Source: an uncultured Pelagibacteraceae bacterium
GTDB lineage: Bacteria > Pseudomonadota > Alphaproteobacteria > Pelagibacterales > Pelagibacteraceae
Assembly: GCA_902523895.1 (NCBI GenBank)
Contig: CABZAZ010000002.1
Coordinates: 34,313 to 98,312 of the forward strand
Length of the DNA stretch: 64,000 nucleotides
Reading direction: 5' to 3'
Shown: positions 1 through 9,576 of the stretch, one piece after another
Layout: every line of letters starts with the position of its first letter
How positions within the stretch are numbered: the first letter of the stretch is position 1
Made by a program: the position numbers and the translations under genes
The notes under the pieces: generated by a model
What the model was told of the DNA's origin: nothing
The model's database searches: none
Seen by the model: only the letters and a program-made list of their open reading frames with translations

Positions 1-2
1 AA

Positions 3-899
3 GCAGGGAAGGTTTCATCTTTTTTAACAATTCAAGAAGGCTGTGATAAGTTCTGTCATTTTTGTGTAGTTCCTTACACTAGAGGACCAGAATACTCTAG
101 ACCACCAAGTCAAATTTTGGATGAAGCAAAATATTTGGCGGACAACGGTGTGAGAGAAATAACTCTATTAGGTCAAAATGTTAATGCTTATGAAAGTAAT
201 GGTTTTCGTTTATCAGATTTAATATCAAGTATTGAAAAACTAAATGAAATTAAAAGAGTTAGATATACAACATCTCATCCAAAAGATATGACCAATGATC
301 TGATTGAAGTTTATAAAAGTTCTAACAAACTTATGCCACTTGTGCATTTACCAGTTCAAAGTGGATCAAATAAGATATTAAAATTAATGAATAGAAATCA
401 CTCTATTGAGAATTACCTTGAAACATTTAATAAGCTTAAAGAAATTAATTCAAAAATAGAATTTTCAAGCGATTTTATAATAGCCTACCCTGGGGAAGAA
501 AATCACGACTTTGAAGATACTTTAAAGTTAATCAAAAAAGTAAAGTTTATAAATTCTTATTCTTATATTTTTAGCCCTAGACCCGGAACTGTCTCTGAAA
601 ATTTAAATTTGATTGATAAAAAAACTTCATTTGAAAGGTTAGACAAAATTCAAAATGAGTTATTTGAAAATCAGATTCAAAAGAATAAATCTTTAGAAAA
701 CAGTATTGTTGAAGTATTAACTGAAAATTTTACAGAGGATAAAACTAAAACATTTGGAAGAACTAAGTACATGACATCAGTAATCTTTGATGGTAAGAGA
801 AGCGATATTGGAAAAATCGCGCGAGTAAAAATTCACAAAAGTAATAGAAGTACTTTATTTGGTAAAATTGTAAGTAATTCTAATCAGAAAGTTGCATAA
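3..899 (+). CDS. miaB: tRNA-2-methylthio-N6-dimethylallyladenosine synthase MiaB (5' truncated by window)
   Basis: Frame is open from position 3: ...IQEGCDKFCHFCVVPYTRG (radical SAM CxxxCxxC), LLGQNVNAY, HLPVQSGS, C-terminal TRAM-like domain; upstream of phoH. Confidence 0.95.
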   Translation, partial: AGKVSSFLTIQEGCDKFCHFCVVPYTRGPEYSRPPSQILDEAKYLADNGVREITLLGQNVNAYESNGFRLSDLISSIEKLNEIKRVRYTTSHPKDMTNDLIEVYKSSNKLMPLVHLPVQSGSNKILKLMNRNHSIENYLETFNKLKEINSKIEFSSDFIIAYPGEENHDFEDTLKLIKKVKFINSYSYIFSPRPGTVSENLNLIDKKTSFERLDKIQNELFENQIQKNKSLENSIVEVLTENFTEDKTKTFGRTKYMTSVIFDGKRSDIGKIARVKIHKSNRSTLFGKIVSNSNQKVA

Positions 900-901
900 A
901 T

Positions 902-1897
902 TTGAGTGGAATAACAAAGAAAAATATTGATCAGGCATTAAAGTTTGTTTACTCGGAGAATAACTCTTTAAGCGTAATATTTCATGATAATGATCTGTTA
1001 ATGGGTGTTGTTGGTGAATTTAATAAAAATTTACAGGAACTCGAAAAGATCGCCAAATGTAGTTTATATTCAAGGGGAAATTCTATTCTTATAAAGTCAG
1101 ATCCAGAAACAAATGAAAAAGTAAAGAATGCAATCCAATTTTTGGTTAAACAATTTATTAATAATGGAAATATTGAAAATAAAGATATACTTTCTTCGGT
1201 AGACAAATTTATGATAAACGAAAAGATTAAAAATAATAATGTAACAGATATAATTAAAACTCCTAAAAAATCTATAATTCCCAGATCTGAAAAACAAAAG
1301 AATTATGTCAGAGCTTTAAGGCAAAATGATATTGTAATTTCCGCTGGACCAGCAGGAACAGGTAAGACGTTTTTAGCTGTTGCCGTCGGTTTGACTATGC
1401 TTTTGGAGAAAAAAATTGAAAGAATAATTTTATCAAGGCCTGCAGTTGAAGCTGGAGAACGTTTAGGATTCTTACCCGGTGACATGAAAGAGAAAGTAGA
1501 CCCTTATTTAAGACCCTTGTACGACTCTTTATACGACCTTTTTGATTTCGAAAAGATTCAAAGAATGATTGAGATTGGAGATATAGAAATTGCACCATTG
1601 GCTTTTATGAGAGGTCGAACTCTTAAAAATTCCTTTGCAATTTTAGATGAAGCACAAAATGCAACAGATACTCAGATCAAAATGTTTCTTACTCGTATAG
1701 GTGAAAATTCCAAGATTGTAGTTAACGGAGATCCAACCCAAATTGATTTACCTAACAAAAGTATGTCTGGATTAGTCAGATCAAAAGAATTACTTGGGCA
1801 TTTAAAAGAGATTTCAATAGTTGATTTTGATCACTCAGATGTAGTCAGACATCCGCTCGTATCAAAAATAGTAAAAGCATACTCAAATAATGATTAA
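902..1897 (+). CDS. phoH: PhoH-family ATPase (YbeZ)
   Basis: GPAGTGKT P-loop, RPAVEAGERLGFLPGD, DEAQN motifs; miaB-phoH-ybeY synteny. Confidence 0.95.
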   Translation: MSGITKKNIDQALKFVYSENNSLSVIFHDNDLLMGVVGEFNKNLQELEKIAKCSLYSRGNSILIKSDPETNEKVKNAIQFLVKQFINNGNIENKDILSSVDKFMINEKIKNNNVTDIIKTPKKSIIPRSEKQKNYVRALRQNDIVISAGPAGTGKTFLAVAVGLTMLLEKKIERIILSRPAVEAGERLGFLPGDMKEKVDPYLRPLYDSLYDLFDFEKIQRMIEIGDIEIAPLAFMRGRTLKNSFAILDEAQNATDTQIKMFLTRIGENSKIVVNGDPTQIDLPNKSMSGLVRSKELLGHLKEISIVDFDHSDVVRHPLVSKIVKAYSNND

Positions 1898-2351
1898 AAT
1901 TAGTGTCTTCTCTGAGGAGAAGGCTTGGTCAAAAAAATTTAAAAATACAGATATTTTTTTTAAAGAAATTTGTAAGGCTTTTCCAAAGAAATACAAATTT
2001 CCAAATAAAAAAGTAGCGTTCAGCTTATTACTTTCTAATAATAAAAACATTAAAAAATTAAATAAAAATTTTAGAAATAAAAATAAATCTACTGATATTT
2101 TATCTTTTCCACTCAATAAAAAAAAAAAATTTTCCAAAAATACGTATTTGGGAGATATTATAATTAGTTATAATTATTTAAATAAGCCTAAATCTCAGGA
2201 TTTAGAGTCATTTAAACAAAAAACTATTAAAATTTTTATTCATGGTTTTCTTCACCTTTTAGGTTTTAATCATATAAAAAATAAAGATTATTTTAAGATG
2301 TTAAGAGAAGAAAATTTTATATATAAACATGTAAAGTCTAAAATAAATTAA
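1890..2351 (+). CDS. ybeY: rRNA maturation endoribonuclease YbeY
   Basis: TDILSFP, LGDIIIS, HGFLHLLGFNH zinc motif. Confidence 0.95.
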   Translation: MIKISVFSEEKAWSKKFKNTDIFFKEICKAFPKKYKFPNKKVAFSLLLSNNKNIKKLNKNFRNKNKSTDILSFPLNKKKKFSKNTYLGDIIISYNYLNKPKSQDLESFKQKTIKIFIHGFLHLLGFNHIKNKDYFKMLREENFIYKHVKSKIN

Positions 2352-2352
2352 T

Positions 2353-3897
2353 TTGAAAAAAAAAATTTATATCGACTCAATTACTTTAATTTTACTAGGT
2401 TTCTTCTCATCATTAAGCTTGCCTCCATTTAATTATATTCTAATTAATTTTTTAACTTTTAGTATTTTTTATATTCTTTTGAAAAAAATTTTTGAGACCA
2501 GTAAAAACAAAAAATTATTTTTTCTTTATGGTTGGTTATTTGGACTTGGATATTTTACAAGTAATCTTTATTGGATTTCTATTTCATTAACCTTTGATGA
2601 AAGCTTTAAGTTTTTGATTCCTCTGACTATAATTTTAATTCCAGCTTTTTTAGCCCTATTTTATGGGTTATCTTCATTTTTATTTTTAATCCTAAATCCA
2701 AAGAAAAATTTAAGCTCCTTTTTCCTTTTTTCTTTAATATTTGGAACTATTGAATTCATTAGAGGAACCATAATGACTGGATTTCCATGGAATTTAATTG
2801 CTTATAGTTTTTCTAATTATATTGAAATTTTAAGTATTACTTCGATTATAGGTACTTATAGTTTTAATCTTTTTTGCATTTCTCTTTTTGCTAGCACTTC
2901 ATTTTTTTTCTTAAGAGAAAGCAAAAAAGAAATTATTGTTTGTATTTTATTCCTCATAATAACTTTATGTTTTTATTTTTTTGGATCTCAACGATTGGAA
3001 AAATTTAACAATATTGAAGCTAATAAATTAAATTACAAACTAAGAGTTATTAGTTCAAATGTTAGTATTGATAGATTTTATAACGATACTGATCCTATTT
3101 CAGTAATTAATGATCTTATTAAAATCAGTTCACCACAAAAAAATGTAAAAACAATTTTTATTTGGCCCGAGGGTATATTGCCAGACATCTCAAAAGACCA
3201 ACTAGAGGAATATAAATTTTTATTTGAGAATGAATTCAATGAAAATCACATATTATCAATTGGGATCAATGATATAAAAAAAGAAGGTCAAATTATTAAA
3301 TATTTTAATTCATTAACAATTTATAATCACAACCTTGAAATATTAAATTCATACAATAAAGTTAATCTGGTTCCCTTTGGTGAGTTCTTACCCCTTGAAA
3401 AAATGCTGAGCATTATAGGATTAAAGACAATCACTAATAATTATCAATCTTATTCAAGAGGAGAAAAAAGAAATATCATAGAAGTGAATAAAAATGATTT
3501 TTCAGTAAGACTATTACCACTTATTTGTTATGAAATAATTTATAGCGGAAATATTTTTAATAGTAGAGATTTTGATTTTATTGTAAATATTTCTGAAGAC
3601 GGTTGGTTTGGTCAGTCTATAGGTCCTCATCAACATTTTGTGCACAGTATTTATAGAGCTATTGAAAGTGGCAAATATGTTTTAAGATCTGCTAATAATG
3701 GAATAACCGCAATAGTGAATCCCATGGGAGTTGTCGAAAAACAAGTTGATTTAAATCAATCTGGTTTTGTTGATTTATCTGAAACAAAAAAAATAGAGCC
3801 AACAATATTTTCAAAATATGGAAATAAAATTTTTGCAATTGTAATTTTATTGTATATTTCTTTAATATTTTCATTTAATAGAATTAGAAATGAGTGA
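2353..3897 (+). CDS. lnt: Apolipoprotein N-acyltransferase
   Basis: Multi-TM N-terminus, [20 protein letters not shown] nitrilase-fold motifs. Confidence 0.93.
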   Translation: MKKKIYIDSITLILLGFFSSLSLPPFNYILINFLTFSIFYILLKKIFETSKNKKLFFLYGWLFGLGYFTSNLYWISISLTFDESFKFLIPLTIILIPAFLALFYGLSSFLFLILNPKKNLSSFFLFSLIFGTIEFIRGTIMTGFPWNLIAYSFSNYIEILSITSIIGTYSFNLFCISLFASTSFFFLRESKKEIIVCILFLIITLCFYFFGSQRLEKFNNIEANKLNYKLRVISSNVSIDRFYNDTDPISVINDLIKISSPQKNVKTIFIWPEGILPDISKDQLEEYKFLFENEFNENHILSIGINDIKKEGQIIKYFNSLTIYNHNLEILNSYNKVNLVPFGEFLPLEKMLSIIGLKTITNNYQSYSRGEKRNIIEVNKNDFSVRLLPLICYEIIYSGNIFNSRDFDFIVNISEDGWFGQSIGPHQHFVHSIYRAIESGKYVLRSANNGITAIVNPMGVVEKQVDLNQSGFVDLSETKKIEPTIFSKYGNKIFAIVILLYISLIFSFNRIRNE

Positions 3898-5059
3898 TTT
3901 AAAAAACTATCTTTTTACTAGCGAATCTGTTTCTGAAGGACATCCAGATAAAGTATCTGATAGAATTTCAGATATGGTTGTTGATACTTATATTTCTCAA
4001 GATCCGTATTCTAGAGTAGCTTGTGAAACGCTAACCACCACTAATAAAGTTGTTTTAGCGGGTGAGGTTAGAGGACCAGAAATTAAAAAAAATGAATTAA
4101 TTGAAAAAGTTAGAGCCTGTATTAAAGATATTGGTTATGACCAAGAGGGTTTTACTTGGAAAGAAGCCACTAAAATTGAATCTCATTTGCATTCGCAGTC
4201 TGCTGATATTGCAATGGGAGTAGATTCCTCAGGTAACAAAGATGAGGGTGCTGGAGACCAAGGTATTATGTTTGGGTATGCGTGTAATGAAACTGATGCA
4301 TTAATGCCTGCACCAATTTATTACTCTCATAAAATTTTAAGACTAATGGCCGAGGATAGAAAATCTGGAAAATTAAAAAACATTGAACCAGACTCTAAAA
4401 GTCAGGTAACTTTTGAGTACACAAACGGCAAGCCCTCTAAAGTTAAATCAGTGGTTATTTCGTCTCAACATTCTGCCGATGTAAATCAAACCCAAGTGAG
4501 AGATTTATTGAGACCATATATGATAAATTCAATACCAAAAAATTTTCTTGAAGATTTTAATGAGGACGAATTTTATGTGAATCCAACTGGTAATTTTGTA
4601 ATCGGTGGGCCTGATGGAGATTGTGGACTTACAGGAAGAAAAATTATAGTTGACACTTATGGTGGAGCAGCACCACATGGAGGAGGAGCATTTTCAGGAA
4701 AAGATCCGACAAAAGTTGATAGATCAGCTGCTTATGCTGCCAGGTATATTGCAAAAAATATTGTGGGATCAAAAGTTGCAGATAAATGTTTAATTCAATT
4801 AGCATATGCAATTGGAGTGTCAAAACCATTATCAATCTATGTAGATTTGTTTGATAAAGATTTAGATAAAAATAAATTTGTTTTAGAAAAAATTAATGAA
4901 AATTTTGATTTGAGCCCAAGAGGGATTAGAGAAATGCTGAATTTAAATAAACCAATTTATGAAAAAACAGCAGCCTATGGCCATTTTGGAAGAATGCCTG
5001 AGGATGATGGCTCATTTTCATGGGAAAAAACTGATAAAATTACTCTTTTTTCCAAATAG
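3890..5059 (+). CDS. metK: S-adenosylmethionine synthetase
   Basis: [35 protein letters not shown]. Confidence 0.98.
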   Translation: MSDLKNYLFTSESVSEGHPDKVSDRISDMVVDTYISQDPYSRVACETLTTTNKVVLAGEVRGPEIKKNELIEKVRACIKDIGYDQEGFTWKEATKIESHLHSQSADIAMGVDSSGNKDEGAGDQGIMFGYACNETDALMPAPIYYSHKILRLMAEDRKSGKLKNIEPDSKSQVTFEYTNGKPSKVKSVVISSQHSADVNQTQVRDLLRPYMINSIPKNFLEDFNEDEFYVNPTGNFVIGGPDGDCGLTGRKIIVDTYGGAAPHGGGAFSGKDPTKVDRSAAYAARYIAKNIVGSKVADKCLIQLAYAIGVSKPLSIYVDLFDKDLDKNKFVLEKINENFDLSPRGIREMLNLNKPIYEKTAAYGHFGRMPEDDGSFSWEKTDKITLFSK

Positions 5060-5065
5060 TAAGAG

Positions 5066-5093
5066 TTGAATTAAAAAAAAACTTTATTATATT
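5066..5093 (+). promoter_or_regulatory. Candidate sigma70 promoter of nusA operon
   Basis: TTGAAT (5066-5071), 16 bp spacer, TATATT (5088-5093). Confidence 0.5.
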
Positions 5094-5115
5094 GCATTCA
5101 AATTGTTGAATTTAC

Positions 5116-5142
5116 AAAATGGGCATATGCCCATTTTTTTTT
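5116..5142 (+). terminator. Terminator-like hairpin in nusA leader (rimP-leader-like attenuator)
   Basis: Perfect 22-bp palindrome AAAATGGGCATATGCCCATTTT (5116-5137) running into a T-tract to 5142. Confidence 0.75.
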
Positions 5143-5154
5143 GGGATAAATTAA

Positions 5155-6708
5155 ATGTTAAATAAAAGAGCAGACAAACTTGAATTACTAAGAATCGCAG
5201 AAGCTGTTGCGCTGGAAAAATCGATTGATAAAGAGTTAATAATAAGTTCGATGGAAACGGGCATTGCAAAAGCTGCTAAGTCCAAATTTGGCCAAGACAA
5301 TGAAATCAAAGTTTCAATTAATAGAGAAAGCGGTGATATTGAAATTTTTAGAAAGCTAGTAGTTTCAGAGAAACCTGAAAATTCAAACACTGAAATCAAA
5401 CTTGAGGATGCTATAAATTTAAATAGCATCAATAAGGAAAAAAATATAGGTGACGAGGTTTTACAACCTTTGCCATCTTTTGATTTTGGAAGAATTGCTG
5501 CACAAATTGCAAAACAAGTTATAAATACTAATGTAAGAGAAGCAGAGCGTGATAAACAGTTTAATGATTATGTTGATAAAAAGGACACTATTTTAAGTGG
5601 CATTGTTAAGAGATTAGAATTTGGAAATATAATAGTAGATCTAGGAAGAACTGAGGCAATTATCCAAAAAAATGAGCTCATTCCCAGAGAAATTATTAAG
5701 GCTGGTGATAGAATAAAAGCATATTGCTTTGATGTTAGAAGAGAACAAAGAGGTCAGCAAATTTTCTTATCAAGAGCGCATCCAAAGTTTATGGAAAAAC
5801 TTTTTATTCAGGAAGTACCGGAAATATATGATGGACTTATAGAGATAAAATCTTCTTCCAGAGATCCTGGTAGTAGAGCAAAAATTTGTGTCAAAGCTAT
5901 AGAAGCCTCACTAGATCCTGTAGGAGCATGCGTTGGAATGAGAGGATCAAGAGTACAAGCTGTTGTAAATGAACTTCAAGGAGAGAAAATTGATATTGTA
6001 AATTGGTCAGAAGATCCAGCAATTTTAGTTTCAAATGCATTATCACCTGCTGATGTTTTAAGGGTTAATGTTGACGTTGATAGAAAAAAGCTTGATGTGA
6101 TTCTGACAGAAGAAAATTTAAGTAAAGCTATTGGAAGACGTGGTCAAAATGTGAGATTAGCTACTAAATTATTAAATTATGAAATAAATATTATGACTGA
6201 TAAAGAGGACTCAGAAAGAAGACAATTAGAATTTAAAGAAAAAACAGAAAACTTTGTTAAAAATTTAGAATTAGATGAAACTTTAGGTCAATTACTTGTC
6301 GCAGAGGGTTTTTCCACTATAGATGATATTAAAGATAGTTCGGTTGAGAGCCTTTTGAAAATTGAGGGTATTGAAGAAGATACTGCCAAAGCTCTTATCG
6401 AAAGAGCAAAAGAATTTCATGAAAAAGATCAGGAGGATATTTCAAAAAGAATTAAAGATCTTGGGCTTGAAGAATCATTAATTAATTTAAAGGGATTAAC
6501 TCCAGGAATGTTAGTGACATTAGGGGAGCAAAATATTTTAAAGTTAGAAGATTTTGCAGATTTAGCATCTGATGAGTTGACTGGAGGTTATGATATTGTC
6601 AAAGGTACAAAAATTAAAATTGAAGGTTATCTTGAAGATTTTGCGTTATCAAAAGATGAAGCGGATGAATTAATTATGTCAGCAAGAAGTATTGTTTATA
6701 AAGATTGA
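5155..6708 (+). CDS. nusA: Transcription termination/antitermination factor NusA
   Basis: FGRIAAQ, S1/KH domains, DPVGACVGMRGSRVQAV, AIGRRGQNVRLA, acidic C-terminal repeats. Confidence 0.98.
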   Translation: MLNKRADKLELLRIAEAVALEKSIDKELIISSMETGIAKAAKSKFGQDNEIKVSINRESGDIEIFRKLVVSEKPENSNTEIKLEDAINLNSINKEKNIGDEVLQPLPSFDFGRIAAQIAKQVINTNVREAERDKQFNDYVDKKDTILSGIVKRLEFGNIIVDLGRTEAIIQKNELIPREIIKAGDRIKAYCFDVRREQRGQQIFLSRAHPKFMEKLFIQEVPEIYDGLIEIKSSSRDPGSRAKICVKAIEASLDPVGACVGMRGSRVQAVVNELQGEKIDIVNWSEDPAILVSNALSPADVLRVNVDVDRKKLDVILTEENLSKAIGRRGQNVRLATKLLNYEINIMTDKEDSERRQLEFKEKTENFVKNLELDETLGQLLVAEGFSTIDDIKDSSVESLLKIEGIEEDTAKALIERAKEFHEKDQEDISKRIKDLGLEESLINLKGLTPGMLVTLGEQNILKLEDFADLASDELTGGYDIVKGTKIKIEGYLEDFALSKDEADELIMSARSIVYKD

Positions 6709-6718
6709 GAGATGAGTT

Positions 6719-8890
6719 ATGGAAAACAAAAAAATAAAATTAACTATTTCAGGCAAACCAAAAAAATCAATTAAGAGCTTCACATCTTCAAAATCTCAAG
6801 AAAGTCGATCAGTAATAATCGAAAAACCACAGAATAAATTTTTAAGAAAAGGAAGCTCATTTAGACCAAGTAAACCAATATTTACTCCAAAAATTCAGAC
6901 TAATTCAAATGACTTTGAAAGAAGAAAACTTGCTGAACAGAGAGCTACAAAAAGATTAAAAGATGAAGGAATTAAAAAAGATAAGAAATTAAAAATTGGA
7001 TCAAAAAAAAGAGAAGTGAAATTAACGGTATCTAGAGCCCTGAGTGACGAGATTGAGGCAAGGGAAAGAAGCTTAGCTTCAGTAAAAAGGGCTAGGGAGA
7101 AAGAAAATAAAAATCAAAATAAAGATCAAACTAAAGATAACTTAAAACCAATTAAAAGAGATATTAACATACCTGAGGCTATAACAGTAAGAGAATTGGC
7201 TAATCGTATGGCTGAACAATCTAGCAATGTTATTAAGTATCTGTTTGGGATGGGAGTTACAGTTACAATTAATCAAACTCTAGCAGCTGACACAGCTGAA
7301 TTTTTAGTAAAAGAGTTTGGTCACAACCCAATCAGAGAGGAAAAAGCAGAGGAAATAATTCAAAAGATAAAAGCTTCTAGGGCTGAAAATTTAAAAAACA
7401 GGCCTCCAATCGTAACAGTAATGGGGCACGTTGATCATGGAAAAACTTCTGTTTTAGATGTTTTGAGAAGTGCAAATGTTGTTTCAGGAGAATTCGGAGG
7501 TATAACTCAACATATTGGTGCATATCAGATTGAAAGTAAATCAAACAGAATAACATTTATAGATACTCCAGGTCACGCAGCATTTACAGAGATGAGAGCC
7601 AGAGGGTCAAAACTAACAGATGTTGTTGTTCTCGTTGTAGCCGCTGATGACGGAGTAAAACCTCAAACTGTAGAGTCAATTAAGCATGCAAAAGCTGCTA
7701 ATGTTCCTATTGTAGTTGCAATAAATAAATGTGATTTACCAGATGCAGATCCACAAAAAATTAAAAATCAGCTGCTAGAGTATGAGCTGATTGCAGAGGA
7801 TTTATCTGGTGACACGCTAATGGTTGAAATTTCCGCAAAGAAAAAATTAAATCTTGATAAATTGATAGAAGCAATCGTGCTTCAATCAGAAATACTTGAT
7901 TTAAAAACAGATTTTGATTCAAAAGCTACAGGGGTTGTTTTAGAGTCAAAAATAGATGTTGGTAGAGGACCTGTAGCAACAATAATTGTTACAACAGGAA
8001 CATTAAAAAAGGGTGACTATTTTGTAAGTGGATTAAAATGGGGAAAAGTTCGTGCAATAATCAATGATAAGGGAAAAAGTATTAATGAGGCGCTACCGTC
8101 TACCCCGGTGGAAATTTTAGGAATTAATGGTGCGTCAAAAGCTGGTGATGACTTCATAGTTTTAGAAAGTGAAAAGGAGGCAAAAACTCTAAGTGGGAAT
8201 AGAGCTCAAGAGAAAAAAGATGGAAAAAATCCACTAACTTTTGCTACTCAAGAGTCTGCTTTTACAGATAAATCTTCAAAAGAACTTAACATGATAATTA
8301 AATCTGATGTACATGGATCCTCGGAAGCAATCAAAAATGCGATAAATCAAATTAAGCATGAAGAAGTAAAACCAAAAATTATTTTGGCTGATATTGGAAT
8401 GATTACTGAAACTGATGTTACATTAGCCAAAGCCTCTAATGCAGTGCTTATAGCTTTCAATGTAAAACCTAGTAAAGAGGCAAAAAAACTTGCAGAGAAT
8501 GAAAATATTAAGATTTCCTCTTATAATATTATTTACGAGGTTTTAGATTATATAAAGCAAAAAATGTCAGGTTTGTTAGCTCCGGATATTACCGAAACAA
8601 TTATAGGTACAGCACAAATCTTGGAAATTTTTAAGGTTTCTGGAGCAGGAAAGGTTGCTGGATCAAAAGTTATTGACGGTGAAATTTTAAGTAGCTCAGA
8701 TGTAAGAATAATAAGGGATGGTTCAATAATATTCACAGGAAAAATTGGTTCAATTTTTAGAGAAAAAAATCAGGTAAAACAAGTTGCTAGTGGGCAAGAA
8801 TGTGGAATTACTGTAAAAGATTACATAGATTTTAAAAAAAATGATACTATTGAAGCTTTTAGTGTAAAATCTGAAGAAAGGTCTATTTAA
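6719..8890 (+). CDS. infB: Translation initiation factor IF-2
   Basis: RPPIVTVMGHVDHGKT, DTPGHAAF, NKCD. Confidence 0.98.
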   Translation: MENKKIKLTISGKPKKSIKSFTSSKSQESRSVIIEKPQNKFLRKGSSFRPSKPIFTPKIQTNSNDFERRKLAEQRATKRLKDEGIKKDKKLKIGSKKREVKLTVSRALSDEIEARERSLASVKRAREKENKNQNKDQTKDNLKPIKRDINIPEAITVRELANRMAEQSSNVIKYLFGMGVTVTINQTLAADTAEFLVKEFGHNPIREEKAEEIIQKIKASRAENLKNRPPIVTVMGHVDHGKTSVLDVLRSANVVSGEFGGITQHIGAYQIESKSNRITFIDTPGHAAFTEMRARGSKLTDVVVLVVAADDGVKPQTVESIKHAKAANVPIVVAINKCDLPDADPQKIKNQLLEYELIAEDLSGDTLMVEISAKKKLNLDKLIEAIVLQSEILDLKTDFDSKATGVVLESKIDVGRGPVATIIVTTGTLKKGDYFVSGLKWGKVRAIINDKGKSINEALPSTPVEILGINGASKAGDDFIVLESEKEAKTLSGNRAQEKKDGKNPLTFATQESAFTDKSSKELNMIIKSDVHGSSEAIKNAINQIKHEEVKPKIILADIGMITETDVTLAKASNAVLIAFNVKPSKEAKKLAENENIKISSYNIIYEVLDYIKQKMSGLLAPDITETIIGTAQILEIFKVSGAGKVAGSKVIDGEILSSSDVRIIRDGSIIFTGKIGSIFREKNQVKQVASGQECGITVKDYIDFKKNDTIEAFSVKSEERSI

Positions 8891-9258
8891 TGGCAGACAG
8901 GATAGGTAGAGCAGCATCGCAAAGACAGCTTAGAGTTGGTGAGATGATAAAGCAATCTTTAAGTATGATTTTTATTAGAAATGAAGCTAAAGTTCCGAAC
9001 TTAGATACTAATACTATTACGGTTACTGAAGTAAGAATGAGTCCAGATTTAAAAGTCGCGAAGGCATATGTGCTTCCATTAGGTGGAAAAGACGCTGAAG
9101 AAACAATTTATGTTTTAAAAGAGTATTCATTTTTAATAAGAAAAATTCTATCACAAAAAGTGGTTACAAAATTTTTGCCAAAATTACTTTTTAGAAAAGA
9201 TGAGTCTTTTGAGTATGCGGAAAAAATAGAAAATTTAATCAAACAAACAAATAAATAG
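8890..9258 (+). CDS. rbfA: Ribosome-binding factor A
   Basis: RQLRVGE, ITVTEVRMSPDLKVAKAY, PKLLFRKD; follows infB. Confidence 0.95.
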   Translation: MADRIGRAASQRQLRVGEMIKQSLSMIFIRNEAKVPNLDTNTITVTEVRMSPDLKVAKAYVLPLGGKDAEETIYVLKEYSFLIRKILSQKVVTKFLPKLLFRKDESFEYAEKIENLIKQTNK

Positions 9259-9270
9259 GAATAAAGAGTC

Positions 9271-9519
9271 ATGAACAAAAAAATACAAGAATTAGCAATG
9301 CATGATAAAGATACAGGGTCTTCTGAGATACAGATTGCTTTGCTAACAGAAAAAATTGAAAATCTCTCTGAACATATTAAACAATTCAAAAAAGACAAAC
9401 ATTCTTCAGTTGGATTGTTGAGAGCGGTTAACAAAAGAAAAAAATTGTTAGAATACCTTAAGAAAAATAAAATGGATTCTTACAAAAATGTACTGTCAAA
9501 ATTGAATTTGAGAAAATAA
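9271..9519 (+). CDS. rpsO: 30S ribosomal protein S15
   Basis: DTGSSEIQIALLT, HIKQFKKDKHS..GLL. Confidence 0.96.
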   Translation: MNKKIQELAMHDKDTGSSEIQIALLTEKIENLSEHIKQFKKDKHSSVGLLRAVNKRKKLLEYLKKNKMDSYKNVLSKLNLRK

Positions 9520-9576
9520 AAATCAAGATAGATAGAACGGAATGAAACGAAAAGAACGAAAAGAAATGGAAATGAA

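Noticed and set aside
3850-3890. SAM riboswitch upstream of metK
   Set aside because: lnt overlaps the metK start; there is no leader or riboswitch-like sequence.
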